A stretch of 62,741 bases of DNA, the filler included, from Choristocarpus tenellus KU-1152 (lineage: Eukaryota > Protista > Phaeophyceae): NCBI GenBank assembly GCA_964200185.2. It is 11 parts of 11 records of this genome, joined end to end, with 100 filler letters (N's around TTAATTAATTAA, not from the genome) between each part and the next. Parts side by side here need not be neighbours in the genome. Positions count along the whole stretch, not along the records: positions 1 to 4,296 come from CAXNAD020015235.1; positions 4,397 to 11,192 come from CAXNAD020007328.1; positions 11,293 to 18,733 come from CAXNAD020006155.1; 8 more parts are not named here. One strand, given 5' to 3'. The notes under the pieces are model-generated. The model was not told the origin of the DNA, did not search any database, and worked only from the letters and a program-made list of their open reading frames with translations. Position numbers and translations under genes: made by a program. Shown piece after piece: positions 1 through 11,849 of the stretch (positions within the stretch are counted from its first letter, which is position 1; each line of letters begins with the position of its first letter).

Positions 1-420
1 CTCTTTCCCCAACTCACACAATGCAACATACTCAGCCTCAGCAGTAGACAGTGTAACCGTGTTCTGCTTCCTGGACCACCAGTCAACACATCCTCCCCCA
101 AACACCACAACACCACCAGAAACGGACAATCTACTGTCCTTGAAGTTTGCATAATTAGCATCTGTATAGCCAATTGATTGATGATCACTTGGTCCACTCA
201 AATAAAATTCCAAATCTCCAAAGTTAATTCCATTATCTTTAGTATCAACAGGTACCCATTAAAATCCCATATCTCCAAAGGTAATTCCATTATCTTTAGT
301 ATCAACAGGTACCCATTAACCCTCTTAGTGTTCAACAGTTCAGACCAACATGAATTCTCCACACAAAATGCCAATTCTCTAACTGCAAACTCTGGTCCAC
401 CACAAGTGTTCCAGTTTCCA
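1..420 (-). mobile_element. Ty1/copia retrotransposon family 1, degenerate RT-end/RNase H fragment
   Basis: Minus strand reads FAVRELA...KRVNGYL...GYTDANYANFKDSRLSVSGGVVVFGGGCVDWWSRKQNTVTLSTAEAEYVALCELGKE, the copia RNase H signature. It is closely similar to 18930-19690. Confidence 0.9.
203..319. repeat. 57-bp tandem duplication inside copia fragment
   Basis: The unit aaaattccaaatctccaaagttaattccattatctttagtatcaacaggtacccatt recurs at 204 and 261. The 19-codon period keeps the frame. Confidence 0.9.
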
Positions 421-1299
421 TGTTCCAGCAAAGTTTCAACTTCCAGTAGTCCTAGTGCCTCCTTGGACCTTGCACTCTCCCTTTCCTATCCACCTGCCTC
501 TGTCGAAAACCATCTTTGTTTGCATGGTCTTAGGTTCTGGTGGGAGGGGTTTATCTTTCCCACCCACAAGCAGACCAGCCAGTCTGCTCATACCATAATG
601 TAAGCTCCGATGGTTGACCAGGTTCAGGTGGGGGGGGTCCCTGTCTCAGTAAGAACCTTCCACCATTGCCCTGCTGTGACGTAGGCGGATCCATACCACC
701 TATACCAGTGTTCAGCATCCCATCAGTGCTTTCATCCTCCATAGTGTTCTTTCTCCACATCTAATCCACCTTCCCATTTCTTTACAGGTACCTGCGGACT
801 TGACACAAATTTCACATTGTCATCTACATCTACTTCCTCTTAAAGTTTGCCTGGTTCAGGTGGAGGGTCACTGTTGAGATCCACTTGTCGCAGTATCGTT
901 ATCCTCACAATCCCGTGCTGTGACAGTGGGTCCACAATGGCAGGCAGTATCCAACCGTTGATTCAACCCCTCGCTCTCCATAACTAACACCCTTGCATTT
1001 CCAGCTACCACAGGACTTTGCAGAACTTTCTTAGCAGCATCTTGACTGGACTCGTCTACAGTCCCACACGGACCTGGTTCAACTTCCTCAGGCATCAAAC
1101 CCACTACCCCTGAATCCATGTACGGGGACTGACTCTGACGTTGCAGTCACACTCGTTCACCCCCCTTGATCAATACCTGGCAATGCCATCTTTGGGGTCG
1201 GTCCCTCCCCCCCAACAACCCCCCCTGGGATTATGGCATTCATTTCAACCCTTCGGGGGGAAGCGTACACTTTGCTACAGCATCTCCACTGATGTAGTA

Positions 1300-1603
1300 G
1301 CCTCAAACATCATTCCTCCTCAATCCACATCTCCTCCACTCCTCTCTTGGGTGAGATCAAAATATCTAGCCCTAGGGTGGGTTAGGTTCGATACCTCCAG
1401 TCTCATCCATTTCGAAGTTGACTCTTCTAACCCCTTCCTGGGCGAGGTTATCAGATGCCAAAACATCCCTCTCTCGTGTTGCATTTGTTCCAGTAGATCG
1501 CACCAGATCAACATCCGCTCAGTCAATATTTCTGTTACATAATACTGGTTACCAAACACACAAGAACCTATAGGCTACCAGCCTATATTCCACACTCCCC
1601 CAT
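1300..1603 (-). repeat. Polypurine tract and start of 3' LTR of copia family 2 (distal LTR end uncertain)
   Basis: Minus strand ...atGGGGGAG|TGTGGAATAT: a PPT directly followed by TG, just downstream of the RNase H region. Confidence 0.55.
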
Positions 1604-4296
1604 GAGTGTGCAGCAAAGTTGCTGACAAAAGCTAACCCCTGACGCGAAAGCACGGAATGCACAATATCAGAAAGAAGTAAGCCTCTTGCGCAAAGACTTA
1701 CTTGGTCAAGATGTTTGTTAGCCAGTTATTTTGATGTTGGAATGTATTCTAAGTGGAACAGACCCTGGTGCACGTATTCTCTGGTGCACTTCAGCTTCGT
1801 GTCCACGTGCTTTGTTCTCCCGTTGAAACCTGTCATGCTGCCCGCCTGGTTAGCACCACGGTTGTCACAGAACCAGGGAAGGGAGTCTGGTCCTGTAGTA
1901 TGTCAATCTCCCCCAGAATGCCTCAAAGGAAAATGCAATGCGCATGCCGTAAATCATTGCCGTCCACTCTGCCTCCGAGCTGGAGAGGGTGACGGCGCCT
2001 TGAAGCTTAGAGCGCCAGGCGATCGGTGATCCGTTGAGCAAGAGTAGGTAACCTGTGACACTCCTGTGTGTTTGGGAGTCGGTCCCCCAGTCGGAATCGC
2101 CGTACCCCATCAAGAGCTCTCCATCCCCTTCGTTCATATCTTTAGTGCCCCGACCATAGTGAATGCAGACGTCCAGTGTGCCTGTAACGTAGCACAGAAT
2201 GTGTTGCAGTCCGCGCCAATGCCGCATGCATAGAGAGGCAGTTCTGCACCCCAGTTCACGAACGCTGTTGGCCAGGTCCGGTCGATTCATACCTGCTAGA
2301 AACATGAGTTGGCCGATAATACTGGCATAGGGGTAGATGGTGGGATCCAGTTCCTCCTCGTTGACGTGCCTGGCAGAGAAAGTCCATGCCGGGGTCCAAT
2401 GGTGTGGATGTTTCTCGCACTTCCGTGGAGCCCATTCCCTCCATGACAATGCTTTCCGCGTATAGCTGTTGGTCCAGGGTGATGACCTCTCCACCCACAG
2501 TGATGCCCACCCTAATCAGCTTGTCCGGCCTGCCTAGGTTCGGCCCCTCGTACTTCTCCAGCATCGATGCCCTCATCCTCTGGATCTCCTCCGTGAAGTC
2601 CCCAGTGGTGGCAGTGTCGTCGACGAAGGTAGTGAGGATGGCGATGCGTCCGTCTTCACTCTTCCTGAAGTAGAGGCACTCGTCGTGTTGGCTGCTCGTC
2701 CACCCTTCTGCTAGAATCGTGCCGCGTACCTCGTGATAATATTCCATGGCTGACTGCTTCAGCTCATAGATTGCTTTCTCTGCCTTGATTGTGCGGCCGT
2801 CAGGAAGTTTCAACCAGACGTCTTTCTGCAGGTCTGCGTTGAGGTAGGCTTGTGTGAAGTCCAGGGTGTCGATGCTCCAACCTCTATACGCTGCGACTGA
2901 TATGACGCATCGTAGTGTGTGGTACCCCACCACCGGGCTGAAGGTTTGGAAGAAGTTCACACCTGCGTTTTGTGTGAAGCCGCGGGTCACGAGTCGCGTC
3001 TTACAGTGTTCCACCGTCCCATCCGCGGAGCGCTTGATTTTGAAAACTAATCACATCTTTATCGCCTCCCTCCCTTGGGGCAGGACCTTTTCAACTAACG
3101 TCCCCTTCTGCCATAGCTCTGTCATTTCCTTCTCCATGGCCTCCTACCACTGCTCTGCATCCGCCCCACTCAAGGCCTCCTTTATTGTTGACGGCTCGTC
3201 TTCACCTGCTGCCACCTCCTCCATGAGACTCATAAGGCAGTACGCGTCGTTGCTGTTCTGCTGTATGAGGGTTGATACGAAGTGGTTCATGTCCATTTCC
3301 TCATCCCCTTCCAGGTCGTACAGCTGGGATTGTGTAGTCCACCAGCTGGCGCTGCTCCAGCCGGGAAGATGCCTGCTGTTCAGAGTGTGGGGCCAGGCGC
3401 TTGGCTGCTATCTGCGCTACCCTATCCATTCGCTGGCGTTATCCCATCCCGCGAGAAATCTCTTGACTTTGATGGGGTGCTAAGAGCTTTCCATCTTGAG
3501 CCCTACGCCCAATGTTTCCGGCCGCATTCCCAGTCGTGTGTGCCTCGCTCCCTGTTGTATCAGCGTCCTCTTCGCCTTCGCCATCGATGTTCATGTCGTC
3601 GTCGTGCTCCGACTCCCCCAGGATGTCGAGCTCTGGTTCCCCAGTTCCATCAGTTTGGCTTCAGGTTGGAACTTCACCTGTGCGGAGGTCACCAGCTTTC
3701 CTTCCGGCAGAATCCACACGTACCAGCACAGTGACGCCCTGTCGTGCCCGACGAAAATCCCCCGCTTTGCGTATGGGTGGAACTTGGCGTTGGCGCCGCG
3801 CTGTTGCTTGGGTCTGATGCACGAAGCACTCCGTCCTGAACACACTGAGTCGCTTGTAGTTAAATGGCTTGCTGCTCAGGCGCTCGCATGGTGTCTCGCC
3901 GCCCAGGTACTCGTGTGAATGCCTGTGGTCGTCTCGTATGTGGCGTCTGCCACCGCGAAAAACCAGAACTCCTCCCTAAGCCCAGCCTGGATCAGCTGAC
4001 TTCGCGCCGCTTGCATCACCTGTTTGATTGCCCGCTCAGCAATCCCGTTGCTCTGGGGCGTGCGTGGGGCGTCTTGCGCCATTTATATGCCCCGCTCTGT
4101 CAGCATGCGCTAGAACCTTACGCTCCTTCCGAATTCGCCAGCGCCATCCCCACCGATGCACCTCACCATCACCCCTTCTCGAGCCATTTCATCGATGTAG
4201 GCGGCTGTGGCCGCGGTAGCGGCGTCCTTGGTACGCAGACCCATCACGCGCTTCTCCCGGCTGGCCTCGTCCTCTAACACCTGAAAGTACTTCATA
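1604..4296 (-). mobile_element. Ty1/copia retrotransposon family 2, pol (integrase-RT-RNase H) with stops and frameshifts, cut by contig end
   Basis: Integrase GGDGAGEF...PRTPQSNGIAERAIKQV. RT KTRLVTRGFTQ..GVNFFQTFSPV, LDFTQAYLNADL, KAIYELKQS, FVDD. RNase H GYGDSDWG..THRSVTGY...IAWRSKLQGAVTLSSSEAEW. The INT-RT-RH order is copia; the pol is split across several ORFs. Confidence 0.95.
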
Positions 4297-4396
4297 NNNN
4301 NNNNNNNNNNNNNNNNNNNNNNNNNNNNNNNNNNNNNNNNTTAATTAATTAANNNNNNNNNNNNNNNNNNNNNNNNNNNNNNNNNNNNNNNNNNNN
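4297..4396. other. Artificial contig linker (N44-TTAATTAATTAA-N44); repeated at 11193, 18734, 23226, 26721, 30514, 35228, 47520, 54386, 59558
   Basis: The identical 100-nt spacer, with stops in all six frames, occurs 10 times. Confidence 0.98.
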
Positions 4397-4415
4397 CCCC
4401 CAGATACTTTGGGTC
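4397..4415. mobile_element. MITE-B terminus (partial, at contig start), inserted in mariner remnant
   Basis: CCCCCAGATACTTTGGGTC matches the end of the complete copy at 19322-19498. Confidence 0.75.
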
Positions 4416-5270
4416 TTGGAGATGTTCCTAGGGCAGGCCGCAACTGCAAGAACATCATCTTCGTACTGTAACACTTATTCTGTGCCTGTGGGGGTTTGAG
4501 GGGGTCCTCAATAGAGTGCAGGTACACACCTTGCCCATCTTTGAGGATGTAAAGCCACTACTCGTCCACACCCACCCACTCATACAGATCATCCCCAAAT
4601 ACAAAAAAAAAATTGAAGTTAAAAAAATTCTCCCCACTTCCCCCCCTCCTGTGCATGTGGGTGATGATGAACCCATCGTGTTGAGTTTCTGCTGGTCTGA
4701 GAGGACTAGCTTAGTCTACACTTAATCTTCACCCCCTTACACTCGCACAGATCCCACAATGAGGCAAGGGCGACCCCAGCTTTAGCCATCCTTAGCAGAA
4801 GGATTTGCAGTGTACCAATGGGATATCCCAAACATCGAGGATACTTGTACGGCGGCCACATTGCCCCTTGCGATGTCGTACAAGGTCCATGCATTCGCCC
4901 CATGCGATCTGGCTGTCATACTCCTTCAGATGACAGAGCACGGTGATTCCAGAAATCTTGAAGTCCTCCGCAATGCCTGTCGCCGTCCCCCAAGGCATCC
5001 GAGTCTTGCGTCCTATTGCCTCCAGTCATCACACCGCCGCCATGCTGTTCTTTGTTGGGGTGTATGAGTATGGACCCCAAACAAACTTCTGAGCCGAAGA
5101 AGTGGGACCGACAGGCAATGACAGGATGAGCGAGCCGCTCAAATGATGGGAGGCCTTTGTCCTAGGCATCCCAATAAACACCCGCTTTGACAGTCTACTA
5201 GAAGTTCCAACGCCTGGATCACATGGCCCTTGATCCACCCTCCAAAATGCAACTCACTAGCTGGCTAGGG
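4416..5270 (-). pseudogene. Degenerate Tc1/mariner transposase (plant/oomycete DD37D/DD39D-like), copy 1
   Basis: Minus-strand fragments read VWVDE*WLYILKDGQGVYLHSIEDPLKPPQAQNKCYSTKMMFL. The DNA is collinear with 15770-16560. Confidence 0.8.
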
Positions 5271-5459
5271 AACAACCGTGGTGCTTCTCGACCAGAGGAT
5301 CCTGACCTCCATGAACTTTCATCATAGCAGAGGCAGTTTGTTATGGCAACTTTGCAACAAAGTTATGATCTGTACAACATCAGCGGAAGCGCAGGCCTTG
5401 GAAAAGTTACACCTTTATGTTTCCTTAGATAGGCATACCGCTCTATTGGCAAGAACATC

Positions 5460-5715
5460 AATTCAAAGCATTTAAGAGGGTCGGACGGCATCTGTTCAGG
5501 GTCATAAATCCAATGTTGCGATTTGATTAATATTGGATATCGTGTTTGATAGCAAATGTCAAGATCATTGCTCTGGACACACCTTCCATTGTCGCATACA
5601 TTTTAAGTAACTATGTTCAAACAGAAAACCGAAAAAGGGTAAAAAAAACAGTGGGAAGCCAAGGTCCGAATGGATAAACAGGACAAAACTCCTACCCTCT
5701 TAAATGCTTTGGGCC
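5460..5715 (+). mobile_element. MITE-A, diverged copy
   Basis: Termini TCAAAGCATTTAAGAGGG...CCCTCTTAAATGCTTTGG. Internal blocks (TCCAATGTTGCGATTT, GTGGGAAGCCAAG) are shared with the other copies. Confidence 0.75.
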
Positions 5716-5877
5716 ATTGTTTCACAGGGACTACAGCAATGGCTACAAGCAATGTTAGTGGAGTGACACTGTGTCAAAAAAAAAAAGGCTACTACTCATC
5801 TTTTGTTTCATTGATAGAATACAATATTTCCAGTTCATACTGACTGTTGATTCGAACATCGGTACTGGTCGCTACTC

Positions 5878-6500
5878 ACATTGAACTTGCCCATATCGAC
5901 CAGCCCATAAAACTGGACACACCCACAAGATCCAGATTTGACCAAACAGTCAGAAGGACTGTCGGGACGAAGATCCATTCCGATTCTGACGAATCCTTTC
6001 TCCTGCTGTGATGTTGCTCAGTCATTCTGTGACATCTGTTGTGCACTAAAGTTTCGTTTCTGTTTAAATTTCCTCAACTGACATTGGGCTGTTGGGTGAA
6101 GATCTGTGAAACTCGGACTCGCCCTCAGAGGTGGAAGAATTGAGTCAAAATATCGTAGAGGGTAGAGCTGCGTCCATTTGGGGGCCAAAATCCAACGTTG
6201 GAATTTCGCAATTTTGATGCAATTTTGGCTATGGCGTTTGTTAGGAAGTGTCGATATCATTGTTCCAGACACAACTTTTCATGGTTTAATACATGATACC
6301 TACTCCGAAATGTATACATTTTACCTCTCCAAAATATTTCGGAGTAGGAAAATGTTATAAAAACAAACTGTGGGAAGCCAAGAGCCCCAAACAGACAAAC
6401 AGAGCAAAGCTCGTACCCTCTCAAGATTTTTTCACTCATTCAGTCTGGTGACTGTGATTGCCCCCTTTTGCAGAGAGCTTTTGAGCCTTGAAAGCTTCCA
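5878..6500. repeat. Dispersed repeat (copy 1, interrupted by MITE-A); homologous to 8685-8980
   Basis: attgaacttgccc...gatccattccgatt...gaaactcgg, then [MITE], then tctggtgactgtgattgcccccttttgcagaga, aligns with 8685-8980. Confidence 0.85.
6142..6437 (+). mobile_element. MITE-A, TSD ATT
   Basis: GAGTCAAAATATCGTAGAGGGTAGAG...CTCGTACCCTCTCAAGATTTTTTCACTC, flanked by att/att. Confidence 0.9.
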
Positions 6501-6700
6501 CAGTGGTTGGTACTCACGCCGAGTGTTCAAGGGGGCTAAGCACACTTTCACGTCATGACTGACCAAATCAAGAATTACGAAGCACAGAAAGGTGGGTCCA
6601 CTTCCCCTTCCACTAGTAAGGAGAAGACCTCCACAAGGAAAGGGAAGAAGAAAACAAATACCAGCACCCCAGCTGAAAGAGTTAAGGAGGGGGTACCAAT

Positions 6701-7210
6701 GAGTCAGAGCACTTTAGAGGGTAGAGTCGTGTCCGTTTCAGGGGCCAAAATCCAAAGTTGCAATTTTGATGTAATTTTGGCCATTGTGTTTGTTAGGAGG
6801 AGGTGTCAATATTATTCTTCCGGACATACAGATTTTGAGTTAAAGTATCTTAGAGGGTACGAGTTTTTCCCTGTTTGTCCATTTGGAGCTTGGCTTCCCA
6901 TGGGTTATTTTATGACATTTTCCTACTCCAAAACATTTTGGAGTGGGAAAATGTATACGTTATGAAAAGGTTTGTCCAGAACAAGGATATTGACACTTCC
7001 TAACAAACATCATAGCCAAAATTATATCAAAATCGCAACATTGGATTTTGACCCCTAAATGGACGTGGCTCTACCCTCTAAGATACTTCGACTCTTTATC
7101 TACTCCAAAATATTTCGGAGTAGGAAAATGTTATAAAAACAAACTGTGGGAAGCCAAGCCCCAAACGGACAAACAGGGCAAAACCCGTACTCTCTAAGAT
7201 GCTTTCACTT
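6701..7210 (+). mobile_element. MITE-A outer copy, interrupted by a nested MITE-A
   Basis: The left half (6701-6836) and right half (7095-7210) rejoin to give a full element. Confidence 0.85.
6837..7094 (-). mobile_element. MITE-A inner copy, opposite orientation, TSD TTT
   Basis: GAGTTAAAGTATCTTAGAGGGTACGAG...CTCTACCCTCTAAGATACTTCGACTC, flanked by ttt/ttt. Confidence 0.9.
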
Positions 7211-7639
7211 GATAATACCCAATCTCTACCAGCTCCTATATCTACACATGTAGACAATTGCACCCCTGGGGACTCGCTTGAGGAGGAAGGAGCGGTGAAG
7301 CAGCGGCTGAGAGAAGGCCCTGCCCGTAACCCAGGCCTGAACCAGTAAGTGTGCGGCCAGAAGACCAAGAGGAGACTGGAGGAGGAAGTACAACGGAGAC
7401 GTTCGACACCTAAACATACATGGATTGATAACGCATGTACACCAAGGAAATCGTGGACGAAGCAATTAGTGGGACTCCTCGTGAGCAGGGCTTAGTGGTT
7501 GCTGGCATGCAAACTTTGAATATGAAAATGAGTATTCAACACCCAGAAACTGTTATTTTTTACTGAATCTGATACACAAAATACAAGCCGCCGGGTCATT
7601 AAGTACCCATCCCACAAAGACCTACCCCCTATGCGTTTT

Positions 7640-8980
7640 TGGGACGTGCACTAGCAGGGTTGCCCTCCAGTCTCGAATTTTGGGTAGTTGTTATTTTCAA
7701 GAACTCTGTTGGCGCTATTGCCATGGTCAAGCACCAATCTGTTGATCCAAACCATGTAACCATGCTTGATCAGATTTTGGGAGACATGTCCATGCAATTG
7801 TTTCAACTCCAGATCCCTAGAGGAACTAGCACAACCAGGCAAGCATTAGATCCTTCTATGAAACCCTTAATGTTTCTTCGTGGTAAGATTTGTCATTGCT
7901 AGCCTCAAGGAATTTTCAATTCCCAATCCTATGGATAGAACTTTCCCCAACATGATTGATATACGCCAGGAAAGTTTTGACGAGACGAGTGACTGAGTCC
8001 ATTGAAGCTTTTGTATGTGAGTTGAGAGTTAACTCCTAAGACTAGACTGACCTCGATCCAGTTGAACTTACTCCTGCAGAGCTGAGTATCCTGCTCACTG
8101 ACCAACTCTGGTACTCTTTTTTAATGTGGGTGTTTTGCTGTCAATCCTTACGAGGACTTTACCACACCGGTCAACGCCACCATGGATCAAAGCGTCCGCC
8201 ATGTCGAGGTTAGATAGGGGATATATTGCTCATGTAGTCACATCAAGCATCTCTGTAGACAACCTGGACAATTTACACGTGACAAACCTCAGATTCGCAG
8301 ATATGGGCCCCCTGTTAAACGTAGCGAAATGTTTACCCGTGGACTTGAAACAGGCCCACCTCGAGATTAGTTAACTGAAGGCAAACCAATGTACCCCTGT
8401 GTCTGATAAGACTTCACAAACACTTACATCCACCACTCCTGGGCCCCGATATTCACGCCCAATATGTGAGTTCGATGAGTGTATACAGCTAGGTCTGGTG
8501 GGGGTTTCCTCTCAAAGAAGAACCTGTCTGACATGAAGTGCTGCTCAGCCACTTTTGTGTTCGTTTCAGATGGAACCCACACTGAGCAGGGGGTAATGTT
8601 AGTGACAGATCCCTTTTGGGGGTCTCAAACACACACATTTTGCGGATATGTCGCACAGCCATATAATATGCGCGCCAACCACATCATTGAACTTGCCCGT
8701 ATCAACCATTCTACAAAACCAGACGCACCAACGACATCCAGATTTGACTAAACTATCAAAGGACAGTCAGAATGAAGATCCATTCCGATTTTGACTGATC
8801 CATTCTCCTGCTGTGATGTTGATCAGTCATTTTGTTATATCTGTTGTGCACTAAGGTTTCGATTCTGTTCTGAATTTACTCAACTGACATTGGGATGCTG
8901 GGTGAAGATATGTGAAACTCGGTCTCTGGTGATTGTGATCGCCCCCTTTTGCAGAGAACTTTTGAGCCTGAACACTTCCA
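7640..8980 (-). mobile_element. Possible highly decayed LTR-retroelement (gag/protease) remnant
   Basis: Weak. Minus strand EVLSDTG near 8400 resembles an aspartic-protease DTG motif, and part of the region (8685-8980) is repeated at 5878-6500. Confidence 0.3.
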
Positions 8981-10469
8981 CAATTATTAATACTCTCTGG
9001 TTGGCTTTACCCCCACTTAGACCTCGAGTTCACTCTCCATTAAGTGTACCTGACACACAACTGGATGCAATATGTTCAGAGTTTAAACATTCACAAAACC
9101 CTTCTTCACAAGGTGACAAGCCTCTACACAGAGTATGAATATCTTCCTTTTAATGTGCCAAGGAATACCCTACATCGCTGTACCAGATAATCTCTGACTG
9201 TGCAAAGCATGTCACTAGGTTCATCAGCATGAATTCACCAGTGCTTCATTGCACTCTGTGACACCCCTTCACCACAACCAACCTGCCACTATACGAGAAA
9301 GAATACAAGAGCACAATTCATTCAATCCCAGGTTTCAACATACTGCACCGCTTTCTATGCCTTTCAAACATACTCCACACCCCCCACGATTGGACAAGCC
9401 TATCATGGTTTGCCCTCCTCACTATATATGTTGTCATTGTTGATGAGATATGTACATTGGTATACACAGCTCTTCCCACTACGTTGTGGGTACGTATCTG
9501 CCATAGCAACTATTCATTCATACACTACCGCCACACAATATTAGTACTACACATATTGATTACAGCTTCATATGGCAAAAGTTGCTTAACACCTCGCACT
9601 GAGTTATTCACACATACCCAATCTCTCATATCAGTGGCCACTGCATGTCTTCTGGCTGCAGCTGATTACACAACAAAGCACTCTGTTCCACCCACTCGAG
9701 AAACGCAAACTCCCTTTTGGAGGATGCGTGATCTTTGCCATTGGAGATCTTTGCCAGCTCCTACCCGTCTCACCACGTCTTTTCGGTGTGGTTTACCACA
9801 GGTATACTATATATGTGCAAATTTACCTTGGGAGGTAATGCTATTTGTCAGTAGTGAAGATAAGAAAGTGTGGAGCCTCATACGGTTCCCCATTGCTGAA
9901 CGTGATTACATGGTTGAAATTAGAAGAGTGACCTTTGTGGGATGTCTTCTCATGGCTTGTTAATTATTTATTTGTGCTTCCCATCTAAGTCAACGGTTAT
10001 GTCAAAGTACTTGAATGCGGAATAAATACCAATAGATATTCCCATACATAATCCGGATGTACTATCTCATTAGTCACATTACATGGACTCAATTCAACAC
10101 AATAATCTCATATACACAAAATAAGGTACACGTCACCATTGTCCTATTTTGCACAATCTATACTCTCTTGGTGTGGTCCAAATTCCAAATGCATTAGTTG
10201 TGAGAAAATCGTAGGGAAACCTCAGATCCTAACTTTCTATAAGTGTTGGATAAGTTTCGTGATGTGTCATGGATAGAGTTGCATTCAAAGTTTTCCTTAG
10301 GTGTATAGTCGGCCTCAGTGACAATGATGACATAAGCATAAATAATCGACAACACGTGGTACTGTAAGTATATATTGCACCCTTCTAATGGAGGGAAACC
10401 ACAGCTAACGACTCCATGTGGACGTGACGTGAGATGAACAATGAACATGTTTGCAACCTCAGTGCATGT

Positions 10470-10726
10470 GAGTCAAAATATCTTAGAGGGTAGAGCCGCA
10501 CCCATTTGAGGGTCAAAGTCAAATGTTGCGATTTTGATTAAATTTTGGCTATCATGTTAGGAAGTGTCAATATCCTTGTTCTGGATACACCTTTTCATAA
10601 CGTATACATTATTTTACCTACTCCAAAATATTTCAGAGTAGGTTAAATGTAATAAAAAAGCTGTGGGAAGCCAAGCCCCAAACGGAAAAAAGGGGGAAAA
10701 ATTAACCTTCTAAGATACTTTCACTC
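10470..10726 (+). mobile_element. MITE-A, TSD TGT
   Basis: GAGTCAAAATATCTTAGAGGGTAGAG...CTAAGATACTTTCACTC, flanked by tgt/tgt. Confidence 0.92.
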
Positions 10727-11153
10727 TGTGGGGAGGCCTACCTCTCTGTCCACGCAAGAGTGGTTTCCTCAACAGGTGTGGAGCTCAGACCACAATGGAC
10801 TAGACACTTCATCATCATGGAGTATGCATACATGCACCCTCAACCTCACTTTGCGAGTTGTTCTCACGAGGGAGTGCACAAATCATGCACAATATGAATT
10901 CTTAGTATATAGACTTTCCATCCAGGTCGAAACTGCGAGGAACGTTGACCAGGTGAAGAGGATGAGTGAATGCCACCTGCGGTAAAATGGCCAGGTGGGT
11001 TAAGGCCACTGACATATGCTACAATGATCAATCCAATGGCCAACACATTCACCATGCGCAACGTGGAGGAATTATGGCTGTAAAGATAATACTACACAAT
11101 TGTGTTGGTGCTGGCACTGAAATACATTGGTGACCCAACAAGGATAAGCCAAT

Positions 11154-11192
11154 GGGTTAAGTGCCTGGGGGGGGGGAGGTCTACACCAGGGT
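11154..11192. mobile_element. MITE-B partial (contig end)
   Basis: AAGTGCCTG(G)nAGGTCTACACCAGGGT matches the reverse complement of one end of 19322-19498. Confidence 0.65.
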
Positions 11193-11292
11193 NNNNNNNN
11201 NNNNNNNNNNNNNNNNNNNNNNNNNNNNNNNNNNNNTTAATTAATTAANNNNNNNNNNNNNNNNNNNNNNNNNNNNNNNNNNNNNNNNNNNN

Positions 11293-11444
11293 GGAGTCTA
11301 CGCCAGGGTGTCCATTTGGACCAAAACCAGGAAAAGTGCACTTTCATTATCCATCCGACATATGCAACCAAATCACCAAATATTGTGACATGAAAAATTG
11401 ACCCCATATGGACAGCCGCAACCCCTCCCCAGATACTTTGAGTC
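11293..11444 (-). mobile_element. MITE-B, nearly complete (contig start)
   Basis: Reverse complement of most of 19322-19498; ends CCCCAGATACTTTGAGTC. Confidence 0.88.
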
Positions 11445-11578
11445 TTTTCTCATATAGGGGGGCACTCTGTCCTGCGCAACCACCTCCTCACCCTCCAACC
11501 ACAGCATTTTTTCCTTCAAAGAGCAGAGAAAAGTCTCCACATACCACTCCCAGTACCACTCCCAGTACCACTACTGGT

Positions 11579-11845
11579 GAGTGAAAGTATCTTAGGGTTA
11601 GGGTACGAATTTTCTCCTGTTTGTCCGTTTGGGGCTTGGCTTCCCACGGGGTTTTTTATGGCATTTTTCTACTCCGAAATGTTTTGGAGTAGGTAAAATA
11701 TATATGTTATGAAAAGGTGTGTTATGAACAAAGACATTAGCACTCCCTAACAAACATGATAGCCAAAATTACATCAAAATTGCAACATTGGATTTTGGCC
11801 CCCAAACGGACGGACGTGGCTCTACCCTCTAAGATACTTTGACAC
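11579..11845 (-). mobile_element. MITE-A, variant with (TTAGGG)2 in the TIR
   Basis: GAGTGAAAGTATCTTAGGGTTAGGGTACGAA...CTCTACCCTCTAAGATACTTTGACAC. Confidence 0.9.
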
Positions 11846-11849
11846 AGAT

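Noticed and set aside
4341-4352. Recurrent TTAATTAATTAA palindrome as a biological motif
   Set aside because: It is always centred in an identical N-padded 100-nt block, so it is a concatenation linker.
6142-6437. MITE-A as an introner (intron-generating) element
   Set aside because: The ends are GAG...CTC, not splice signals, and the genic copies lie inside existing introns.
11154-11444. Adjacent contigs joining through a single MITE-B copy
   Set aside because: The ~18-bp overlap has mismatches and the outer flanks (aat vs ttt) do not form a TSD; these are probably different copies.
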